NCBI GenBank assembly: GCA_026395215.1
Contig: JAPLZC010000010.1
Coordinates: 7,371 to 71,370, forward strand
Reading direction: 5' to 3'
Origin: Candidatus Staskawiczbacteria bacterium
Lineage (GTDB): Bacteria; Patescibacteriota; Minisyncoccia; Minisyncoccales; Staskawiczbacteraceae
Length of the DNA stretch: 64,000 bases
Translations under genes and position numbers: made by a program
The notes under the pieces: model-generated
Database searches by the model: none
Told to the model about the DNA's origin: nothing
Seen by the model: only the letters and a program-made list of their open reading frames with translations
In this document: positions 19,456 through 27,250 of the stretch, piece by piece
Layout of the letters: each line of letters starts with the position of its first letter
How positions within the stretch are numbered: the stretch's first letter is position 1

Positions 19456-19986
19456 TTAATTCTTTCTTTCTAATACTACAAATGAATAATCAAATGAATT
19501 TTTTTCGTCGGATTTGTGGTCTTCTCGGCTTACTTCATTCCACTCGGCTGGGTTAACTTCGGGGAAATAGGTGTCGCCTTCGGGGGTGGCGTGGACATAG
19601 GTTAAATATAATCTTTGGGCCATTGGCAAAAATTGTCTGTACACTGAAGCTCCACCGCAAACAAAAATCTCTGATTTTTGCCCTGAGCTTGTCGAAGGGT
19701 CATGCTCGATAATCTTCAGCGCCTCTTCTATGCTGTGAGCCACAACACAATTTTCTGGAGCTACATAATTTACGTCCATATTTAATATAACATGTTTTCT
19801 GCCTGGTAGGGGTTTGCCACCAATTGAATTAAAAGTATTCAACCCCATAACAACCGTTTTACCCAAGGTTGTTTCTTTAAAGTATTTGAAATCACCAGCC
19901 ATTTTATATGGTGGAAAATTCCAAGGTATAGTATTTTTGTTCCCAATTACTCTATTTTCTGCAACCGCGGCAATCATTGATATCAT
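19456..19986 (-). CDS. folA: Dihydrofolate reductase.
   Basis: Motifs MIAAVAENRVIGNKNTIPW and VCGGASVY. Confidence 0.85.
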   Translation of the reverse strand: MISMIAAVAENRVIGNKNTIPWNFPPYKMAGDFKYFKETTLGKTVVMGLNTFNSIGGKPLPGRKHVILNMDVNYVAPENCVVAHSIEEALKIIEHDPSTSSGQKSEIFVCGGASVYRQFLPMAQRLYLTYVHATPEGDTYFPEVNPAEWNEVSREDHKSDEKNSFDYSFVVLERKN

Positions 19987-19993
19987 AGTATTA

Positions 19994-20818
19994 TTAAACT
20001 GCCATTGGCGCCTTTATAGACGGATGGTATTTGTAATCTATTAATTTTATATCTTCCATTTTAAAATCAAATATATTTTTAATCTCGGGATTTAACCAAA
20101 TTTTTGGCAACGGATATGGCTCACGGGCCATTTGTTCTTTTACCTGCTCAAAATGATTTAAATAAATATGTGTGTCTCCCAAAATGTGTACAAACTCGTG
20201 GGCTTCCAAACCGGTAACTTGTGCCACCATGTGCAATAACAAAGAATAAGAAGCAATATTAAACGGCACTCCTAAAAATGTATCACAACTTCTTTGGTAC
20301 ATTAACAAAGATAACTTTTTGTTAACGCAAAAAAAGTGACATAATAAGTGGCACGGTGGAAGAGCCATCATGTCTAATTCGGCTGGGTTCCAGGCAGAAA
20401 TAATAATTCTTCGGTCATTTGGATCTTTCTTCAATTGATTTATAACATTTATCACTTGGTCAATTGGTATGTCTGTATATGGCGACTTCCAGCTTCTCCA
20501 CTGCACTCCATAAACCCTGCCCAAATCTCCTTCAAACTTTGCCTTTGGCTTCCAATAGTCTGCCGTTGCGTTTCCATCCCAAATATGACAACCCATTTCA
20601 TTAAGCTTTTTGTTATCACTACTCCCCGACAAAAACCACAACAACTCTGCCTTCATAGTCTCAAAAGCCAGCTTCTTTGTTGTTACAGCCGGAAACCCAT
20701 CTTTCATATCAAACCTCATAGTCTGCCCAAAAACAGCCCTAGACCCCACCCCAGTTCTATCCGGCCTATCAGTCCCCTCATCCATTATTTTTTTAAGTAA
20801 ATCCAAATATTGTTTCAC
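19994..20818 (-). CDS. thyA: Thymidylate synthase (ThyA type).
   Basis: Motifs DRTGVGSRAVFG and ALPPCH; the C-terminus ends in MAV. Confidence 0.95.
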   Translation of the reverse strand: MKQYLDLLKKIMDEGTDRPDRTGVGSRAVFGQTMRFDMKDGFPAVTTKKLAFETMKAELLWFLSGSSDNKKLNEMGCHIWDGNATADYWKPKAKFEGDLGRVYGVQWRSWKSPYTDIPIDQVINVINQLKKDPNDRRIIISAWNPAELDMMALPPCHLLCHFFCVNKKLSLLMYQRSCDTFLGVPFNIASYSLLLHMVAQVTGLEAHEFVHILGDTHIYLNHFEQVKEQMAREPYPLPKIWLNPEIKNIFDFKMEDIKLIDYKYHPSIKAPMAV

Positions 20819-20908
20819 GGCCTTGTGAGCGAGGCGAACAAGGTTGCCTCGAAAATTAGGTCATGATATATCTTATACATCTAGACCTAATTTTCGCTGG
20901 ATACATTG

Positions 20909-21523
20909 CTAACCCACTAATTTAATAATTTCTTTTTTAACATCTTCAAAAACATCCAAAATAGGACGTTCGCCGTTTACCATCATAGCATTCGCAAACA
21001 TTGATGGGATTTTTTTGTAAATCTCGTTGACCTTGGTTAGTTTTTCTTTTTGCTCAAACAATTCCTTGGGCTCGCCTCGGCCTTCTATTCTTTGCACGCA
21101 AGATTCCGGAGAAACATCAACTATTATAGTTAGGTCTGGCAATAAAAATTCTTTATTTAATTCTACCAGTAAATTTACATCTAATCCATCGGAATGACCA
21201 TAAGCAAAAGTTGAAAAATCATAACGACTGGAAACAACAAACTTTCCCTCTTTTAACGCCGGAATAACTTTATTTTCCAAATGCTCTTTTCTATCTTGCA
21301 CATACAGCTTCTGTAATTCCAGCGGTTCTACAATAATTTCTTTTCTTAGTGCCTGCTTTATCTTCCTGCCGGCCTCAGAGTCTATTGTAGGCTCTTTGGT
21401 TTCTACCACATCTTTCCCCTGCTCCTTCAAATAATCCACAAGCAACTTAATCTGAGCCGATTTTCCCGACCCGTCCAACCCCTCCACCACAATAAATTTC
21501 CCCAAATAATCACTTTTTATCAT
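20909..21523 (-). CDS. tmk: Thymidylate kinase.
   Basis: P-loop VVEGLDGSGKS, with a typical length. Confidence 0.85.
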   Translation of the reverse strand: MIKSDYLGKFIVVEGLDGSGKSAQIKLLVDYLKEQGKDVVETKEPTIDSEAGRKIKQALRKEIIVEPLELQKLYVQDRKEHLENKVIPALKEGKFVVSSRYDFSTFAYGHSDGLDVNLLVELNKEFLLPDLTIIVDVSPESCVQRIEGRGEPKELFEQKEKLTKVNEIYKKIPSMFANAMMVNGERPILDVFEDVKKEIIKLVG

Positions 21524-22065
21524 TAAATTGAATCTATGGATTCTTTTATTTTTATGTATAGGTCTTCTTTGGAACTGTTGTTTTCTATTTTTAGGTCGGC
21601 TTCGGCTCCTATTGTGGTAATTAAAGATTCAGCTTCGGCTTTGCCCATTTCAACAAATTTCTCAAATGGGACATCGTCATCTGCTTTCTCACCTCTTGTC
21701 TTTACCCTTTCCCATCTTAATTTTTGGTCAGCTGTAACATAAATAAGTTTCCCGCCAATTGATTTTAAGGCCTTAAAATCATCAGGACGTCTTACGCCAT
21801 TTAAAATAATTATTCCGTCGCTAATTTTCTCAATTTTTTTGACAAGCGCCTTTACCAAAATATCTTGCCCAAACCTTTCACGCAAAGCCGAGCTCAACCA
21901 TTGTTGGTCTTCCCTTTTAACTTCATCAAAAAACATTTTTAAAACCTCCGTAAGAGCGTCGGAAAATTTTAGGAAATAAACATTTTGATAATTTGCTCTC
22001 ACAAAATCACAAAACGTATCCTTCCCCGCCCCCATCTCCCCAATTAACCCAATTATTTTTTTCAT
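21523..22065 (-). CDS. P-loop nucleotide kinase (dNMP-kinase-like).
   Basis: Walker A GEMGAGKD. The stop shares position 21523 with the tmk start. Confidence 0.5.
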   Translation of the reverse strand: MKKIIGLIGEMGAGKDTFCDFVRANYQNVYFLKFSDALTEVLKMFFDEVKREDQQWLSSALRERFGQDILVKALVKKIEKISDGIIILNGVRRPDDFKALKSIGGKLIYVTADQKLRWERVKTRGEKADDDVPFEKFVEMGKAEAESLITTIGAEADLKIENNSSKEDLYIKIKESIDSI

Positions 22066-22070
22066 AGTTA

Positions 22071-22682
22071 TTATTTAATTAATTTACTTAAATATTCTTC
22101 GTAGAGCAGTGGTGCCCAGCCTTCATTTATTCCTTCAACTTTTCCTTTTATATCTTCTAAGGTCACTAATTCACCTGTCATTTTGTCGGTTTCTTTCACT
22201 GAAATATTGGGGCTGTCTCCCTCAAAAACATAAACTAAACCTAAATGTACTCTTTCTACTGGTCGCCTATTATCACAAAGAATTCCTACTAATTTTTTAG
22301 TTAAATTACCATTATAGGTTACTTCCTCTTCCCACTCTCTTTCAACGCCAGCTTCTATAATATCTTCTCCTGGTTTTACGTCTTCTTTATTTATGTGTCC
22401 TCCAACACCAACAATATAGTCATTCATCAATCTCTGTTCGTAGGCTTGTTTAAGATATCTGTATAAAAAATACTTGTTCTGATAATTAAAAAGTATATAA
22501 GATATTATTTGCTGGTAAGAAAGATCTGTTTCCATATCTCCCCTTCTTCTAAACTCGCAATTATTTCTTATTAAATCAACGTAATAATCTAGGTTATCAG
22601 TTTTTAATCCCTGCCATCTGCCATCAGCAAAAAGTATTTCTGATTTTACAACTAAAACTTGCTCGTCGTCTTTGTTTGCCAT
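22071..22682 (-). CDS. Nudix-fold-like hydrolase (tentative).
   Basis: GGHINKE ... AGVEREWEEEV resembles a Nudix box with an extended loop. Confidence 0.35.
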   Translation of the reverse strand: MANKDDEQVLVVKSEILFADGRWQGLKTDNLDYYVDLIRNNCEFRRRGDMETDLSYQQIISYILFNYQNKYFLYRYLKQAYEQRLMNDYIVGVGGHINKEDVKPGEDIIEAGVEREWEEEVTYNGNLTKKLVGILCDNRRPVERVHLGLVYVFEGDSPNISVKETDKMTGELVTLEDIKGKVEGINEGWAPLLYEEYLSKLIK

Positions 22683-22683
22683 T

Positions 22684-23214
22684 TTACTGATTTTTATATT
22701 GTTCTACTGAGTTGTCGACTACCTGCACAACTACTCCGGCTTTTGCAAACAAATCCATTGAGGCGCCGTCGGCGTGATATCTTTTTTGGGCTACAACTCT
22801 TTTTATCCCAACGCGCAAAATTCTCATAGCGCAATTCCTGCAAGGAACCATTTTAGAGTAAATTGTTGCACCCTCAAGTCTTATTCCATCTTTGGCGCAC
22901 TGCAAAATTGCATTTTCTTCGGCATGCAAAGTTCTTACGCAGTGTTGTGATTGCGAACCGTCTTCATGAATAACTGTGTGCATTAAATGCCCCACCTCAT
23001 CGCAATGTGGCTGTCCCGGAGGAGAACCTGCGTATCCTGTAGCCAAAATAGTGTGCATTGGGCTTACAATTACCGACCCGCTCCTACCCCTGTCCAGCAA
23101 ATTTAAAAAATAATCATCCCAAGCCGGACGAACATATTTTCCCCCGCTTGAGATTTGAGCTGGTGTTGCAGCGGCTATTTTTAATGACTCTGGCAATGGT
23201 TGAACTTCTTCCAT
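22684..23214 (-). CDS. Deoxycytidylate (dCMP) deaminase.
   Basis: Zinc motifs HAEENAI and PCRNCA. Confidence 0.8.
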   Translation of the reverse strand: MEEVQPLPESLKIAAATPAQISSGGKYVRPAWDDYFLNLLDRGRSGSVIVSPMHTILATGYAGSPPGQPHCDEVGHLMHTVIHEDGSQSQHCVRTLHAEENAILQCAKDGIRLEGATIYSKMVPCRNCAMRILRVGIKRVVAQKRYHADGASMDLFAKAGVVVQVVDNSVEQYKNQ

Positions 23215-23263
23215 AAATTATTTTAGTTTAATTATGTAATCCCATTTTAACACTTCTGCAAAA

Positions 23264-23297
23264 CAAAAATCAAGCGCTTTTAACGCTTGATTTTTTA
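23264..23297. terminator. Rho-independent terminator after rplK.
   Basis: Sequence aaaaATCAAGCGcttttaaCGCTTGATttttt. Confidence 0.85.
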
Positions 23298-23312
23298 AAG
23301 TTTTGTTGCGTA

Positions 23313-23738
23313 TTATCCAATAACTTCTACACCCATGTTTTTTGCGGTGCCGGCTATAATTTTTATAGCTTGCTCAATGTCTGTGGTGTTTAAGTCTGGC
23401 ATTTTCTTTATTGCTATTTCCTTAAGTTGGGCTTTTGTGATTTTACCAACTTTCAATTTATTTGGTGTGCCTGATCCTTTTTCAATTCCAATAGCTTTTC
23501 TAATTAATTCAGATGCTAAGGGTGTTTTCAATATAAAGGTAAATGTTCTATCTTTATAAATTGTAACCTCGGCTGGAATTGTAAACCCTGACATTGCTTG
23601 TGTTGCTGCATTAAACTTTTGGCAGAACTCTGCAATGTTTAATCCATGTGGAGCCAATGCTGGTCCAATTGGAGGAGCTGGAGTTGCCTTTCCCGCAGCT
23701 ATTTGTACTTTTACTTTAGCCTTAATTTCTTTTGCCAT
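23313..23738 (-). CDS. rplK: Ribosomal protein L11.
   Basis: Motifs [23 protein letters not shown] and KTPLASELI. Confidence 0.95.
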   Translation of the reverse strand: MAKEIKAKVKVQIAAGKATPAPPIGPALAPHGLNIAEFCQKFNAATQAMSGFTIPAEVTIYKDRTFTFILKTPLASELIRKAIGIEKGSGTPNKLKVGKITKAQLKEIAIKKMPDLNTTDIEQAIKIIAGTAKNMGVEVIG

Positions 23739-23830
23739 AAATTTTTTCCGAAAAATTTCATCAGCGAATTACGAATTTTTTACTAATTTGCGAATTCGTA
23801 CATTCGTATCTGATTTGTTATTCGTTGATG

Positions 23831-24379
23831 TTATTCTACTTTTTTTATTTGTAATGAATCTAATTCTACTGGGGTGTCTCTGCCAAACATATTTACTAAC
23901 ACTTTGATCTTTCCTCTCTCTTTATCAATTTCAGAAACCTTTCCATCAAATCCTTTGAATGGGCCATCAACAACTTTAACATTGGCACCAACCTCAAAGT
24001 CAATTGTAAACTCCGGCTCGCCCATTTCCATCCTTTTCATTAAATCTGCCATATCTGGCGCAGAAACTGGAATTGGTGTGGTTCCTGCTCCTAAAAATCC
24101 TGTAACCCTTGGAGTGTTTCTAACAACATACCAAGATTCATCATCAACCACCATTTGAACCAACACATAACCCGGGTAAATTTTTTCCTCAACTGTTTTT
24201 CTCTTTCCGTTTTTAATCTTTATTTTCTTTTCCTTAGGTACTATAACATTAAAAATTTTACCTTCCATACCCAAAGACTCAATCCTTTGTTTAAGGTTTT
24301 TAGCAACTGCGTCTTCATATCCAGAATATGTATGGATAACGTACCAATTTTTTTCCTGTTCTATAACTTGTTTTGGCAT
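23831..24379 (-). CDS. nusG: Transcription antitermination factor NusG.
   Basis: NGN domain (WYVIHTYSGYE) and KOW motif (VKVVDGPFKGFDGKV). Confidence 0.95.
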   Translation of the reverse strand: MPKQVIEQEKNWYVIHTYSGYEDAVAKNLKQRIESLGMEGKIFNVIVPKEKKIKIKNGKRKTVEEKIYPGYVLVQMVVDDESWYVVRNTPRVTGFLGAGTTPIPVSAPDMADLMKRMEMGEPEFTIDFEVGANVKVVDGPFKGFDGKVSEIDKERGKIKVLVNMFGRDTPVELDSLQIKKVE

Positions 24380-24380
24380 T

Positions 24381-24575
24381 TTATTTTATAATGAAAATTT
24401 TAATAATGTCCGAGAAAATAAAATCTAACCCGCCTAAAAATGCCGAGACTATAATGGTAATTCCCAGCACAATAGCTGTGTATCTCCAAACGTCTTTATT
24501 TGAAAGCCAGCTGACTCTTTTCATCTCAACCAAAACCTCTTTAAAAAACTCTTTTATTTTTTGTATAATTGTCAT
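24381..24575 (-). CDS. secE: Preprotein translocase subunit SecE.
   Basis: 64 aa with EMKRVSW followed by a single TM helix; lies directly upstream of nusG. Confidence 0.85.
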   Translation of the reverse strand: MTIIQKIKEFFKEVLVEMKRVSWLSNKDVWRYTAIVLGITIIVSAFLGGLDFIFSDIIKIFIIK

Positions 24576-24721
24576 AAAATATAATCCTAATCTACAAATT
24601 TATCCTAATGCTTCAAATACATATTTGTGGCATTCGGATTTAATTCACATAATTCGGATTAAGCGTGTTTCACGCGGTTCTTAAAAACCGCCCGCGGCGG
24701 CTTATTTATGTTTGTACCCTA

Positions 24722-24750
24722 ATAATAGCCGATATGTTTCCCATTGTCAA
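24722..24750 (-). promoter_or_regulatory. Sigma70-type promoter for secE-nusG-rplK.
   Basis: The minus strand reads TTGACA-atgggaaacatatcggc(17)-TATTAT. Confidence 0.7.
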
Positions 24751-24893
24751 GAATAAGAGCGAGGCAATAAACTTTTTGTCCCGCCACAGCGGGATCCCGT
24801 TTGCGGGAAACGCCCAGGTCGACTTGCCCTGAGCGAAGTCGAAGGGCAAAGCGAGTTCCTGCTTACCGAAAAAAGTTTGTTGCCGAGCGATTA

Positions 24894-25151
24894 TTAGAAA
24901 CTGATGCCGGAGGCCATTAGGGTTTTGGCCATTTGTTTTTGGATTATTTCTCGGGCTTCGTTTAGACACTCTTTTAAAAGTTTTTGTTGTTTTTCTGTAT
25001 CTAAAGTCGGATTTAACTTTACTCCAGTAACTTCAAAGTTCCCGTTCATCTCAACCAAAATCCCATCTCTCTCAACAATTGTCTTTTCTTTTTTAAAAGA
25101 ATCCTGCAATTTTCTCAACTCGTTTATTTTTTTTAATTGATCAAATACCAT
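24894..25151 (-). CDS. YbaB/EbfC-family nucleoid-associated protein.
   Basis: 85 aa with a pattern consistent with YbaB (VEMNGNFEVTGVKLNP ... LLKECLNEA). Confidence 0.6.
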   Translation of the reverse strand: MVFDQLKKINELRKLQDSFKKEKTIVERDGILVEMNGNFEVTGVKLNPTLDTEKQQKLLKECLNEAREIIQKQMAKTLMASGISF

Positions 25152-25156
25152 AATTT

Positions 25157-27235
25157 TTATATATCTAGGTTTTTAGCGGCTTTGGCGTGGGTTTGAATGA
25201 ATTTCTTTCTTGGTTCAACTTCTTCGCCCATTAGAATATCCAATGTTTTGTCGGCTTCATGGCCCTCTTCAACTGCAACCTGCAATAAGGTTCTGTTTTC
25301 GGGATTCATTGTTGTTTCCCAAAGCTGTTCGGGATTCATTTCTCCCAAACCTTTATATCTCTGGATTACAGGATTGGTCTTGCCGATTTCTTTCAAAATT
25401 TTATCTCTTTGCGCGTCTGAATAGGCATATTGGTTGCTCTTGCCATAAGAAATTTTGTACAAAGGCGGTTGAGCAATATAAATGTGTCCGGCTTCAACAA
25501 TTGGTTTAAAGTGCCTGTAAAAAAATGTTATAAGAAGACATCTAATGTGAGCTCCATCAACATCAGCATCGGTCATAATTACAATTCTATGATATCTTAA
25601 CTTCTCAATATCAAAGTCCTCACCAATTCCCGTGCCCATGGCAATAATTAAAGCTTTAATTTCTTTTGAAGCTAGCATTTTGTCCAATCTTGCTCTTTCC
25701 ACATTTAAAATCTTTCCTCTTAAAGGCAAAATTGCCTGAAATCTTCTATCACGCGCCATTTTAGAAGAACCTCCGGCAGAATCTCCCTCAACAATATATA
25801 TTTCCGACTCTTCCGGTTTTCTGGAAAGACAGTCTGCTAATTTTCCCGGCAAAGCCAACCCTTCTAAGGCTCCTTTTCTCAAAACTGTTTGCCTAGCAGC
25901 TTTTGCGGCCAATCTGGCTTTGGTTGCCAACAAACAATTTTCTACAATAGATTTTGCATCTGATGGATTTCTCTCCAAATAATCAGACAAACCTTCGGCT
26001 GTGGCAGCTTCCACTGCATTTTTAGCTTCTGGGTTTCCCAGTTTGGCTTTTGTTTGGCCTTCAAATTGCGGAGTGCGTATTTTAACAGAAACAACAGCGG
26101 TTAAACCCTCTCTTACATCGTCCCCTGTAAAATTTTCATCTTTTTCTTTCAAAAATCCCTCTCGTCTTGCGTAGTCATTCAAAGATCTAGTTAAAGCCGT
26201 TCTAAATCCGGAAATGTGTGTTCCACCCTCAACTGTATAAATATTATTGGCAAAAGACTCCTCGGTACATTCCATTTCTTGTGTATACTGAAAGGCCGCT
26301 TCCACCCAAATTTTATCTTTCTCAACTGCAACAGAAAAAATATTTTGGTGACGTGGAGTATTACTTTGGACCAAATATTTTACATATGAAGCAACTCCTC
26401 CCTCAAAATAAAAAGTATAACTTGAGACCTCGCCTTTTACTCTTTCATCTTTAAATGATATCTTCACGCCTTTGGTCAAATAGGCCTGCTGACGCAAGTG
26501 AGCTAAAATCTTTTTTGGATCGTATTTAAGGTCACTTCCCGTAAAAATTGTCGGGTCATATTCAAAGGTTTGGGTTGTTCCTGTCTTTTTTGAATCTCCA
26601 ACTTTTTTTACATTTCCTTTTGGAACTCCTCTAAAATATTCCTGTTCATAAGCTCCGCCATCTCTTTCTACATGACTAAGCATATATGTAGACAAAGCGC
26701 ATACAACAGAAATACCAACTCCGTGCAAACCTCCGGAAACCTTATAAGCTTCTCCACCAAATTTTCCTCCAGCATGCAAGGTTGTTAAAACTGTTTCAAG
26801 TGTAGATTTTCCTGTGTCTGGATGTTTTTCAACCGGAATTCCCCTACCATCATCGGAAATTTTTACTCTATTATCTGGCAACAAAACAACCTCAATATTT
26901 TTGGCATATCCTGCCATTGCCTCGTCCAAGCAGTTGTCTACAACCTCCCAAATCAAGTGATGTAACCCATCAACTCCCGTAGACCCAATATACATTCCGG
27001 GACGCAACCTAACAGGCTCTAGTCCTTTTAGAACATAAATGTCTTTAGCAGTATACTCCCCATCTTTCCTAGTTTTCTTAGCTTCTTTAGCCTCCGCTGG
27101 CTTAACATCACTTTTTGCTTCTACCTTCTCTTTTACAACTTCTGTTTTTCTTTCCTCTTTCTTTTCAACCTTTGCCGGTGCAGGCTTTTTTTCTACTTTT
27201 TTTGGCTCGTCTGCTTCTTTAATGTTTAGCTTCAT
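25157..27235 (-). CDS. gyrB: DNA gyrase subunit B with a ~60-aa Lys/Glu-rich N-terminal extension.
   Basis: Motifs LEPVRLRPGMYIG, GGLHGVG, EGDSAGG and PLRGKILNVE. Confidence 0.95.
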   Translation of the reverse strand: MKLNIKEADEPKKVEKKPAPAKVEKKEERKTEVVKEKVEAKSDVKPAEAKEAKKTRKDGEYTAKDIYVLKGLEPVRLRPGMYIGSTGVDGLHHLIWEVVDNCLDEAMAGYAKNIEVVLLPDNRVKISDDGRGIPVEKHPDTGKSTLETVLTTLHAGGKFGGEAYKVSGGLHGVGISVVCALSTYMLSHVERDGGAYEQEYFRGVPKGNVKKVGDSKKTGTTQTFEYDPTIFTGSDLKYDPKKILAHLRQQAYLTKGVKISFKDERVKGEVSSYTFYFEGGVASYVKYLVQSNTPRHQNIFSVAVEKDKIWVEAAFQYTQEMECTEESFANNIYTVEGGTHISGFRTALTRSLNDYARREGFLKEKDENFTGDDVREGLTAVVSVKIRTPQFEGQTKAKLGNPEAKNAVEAATAEGLSDYLERNPSDAKSIVENCLLATKARLAAKAARQTVLRKGALEGLALPGKLADCLSRKPEESEIYIVEGDSAGGSSKMARDRRFQAILPLRGKILNVERARLDKMLASKEIKALIIAMGTGIGEDFDIEKLRYHRIVIMTDADVDGAHIRCLLITFFYRHFKPIVEAGHIYIAQPPLYKISYGKSNQYAYSDAQRDKILKEIGKTNPVIQRYKGLGEMNPEQLWETTMNPENRTLLQVAVEEGHEADKTLDILMGEEVEPRKKFIQTHAKAAKNLDI

Positions 27236-27250
27236 GTTTATTTAATTATT

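Noticed and set aside
24760-24880. Possible SRP (4.5S) RNA, suggested by ccaggtc ... agcgag around a hairpin.
   Set aside because: I could not find the conserved GGAA tetraloop/AGCA helix-8 motifs on either strand. An Infernal scan would be needed to settle it, so it is not reported as a feature.
24706-24969. 87-aa minus-strand track ORF (…LALPFDFAQGKSTWAFPANGIPLWRDKK…).
   Set aside because: It is a read-through translation of the GC-rich hairpin cluster and the secE promoter region. It has no RBS, a low-complexity product, and overlaps the ybaB 3' end.
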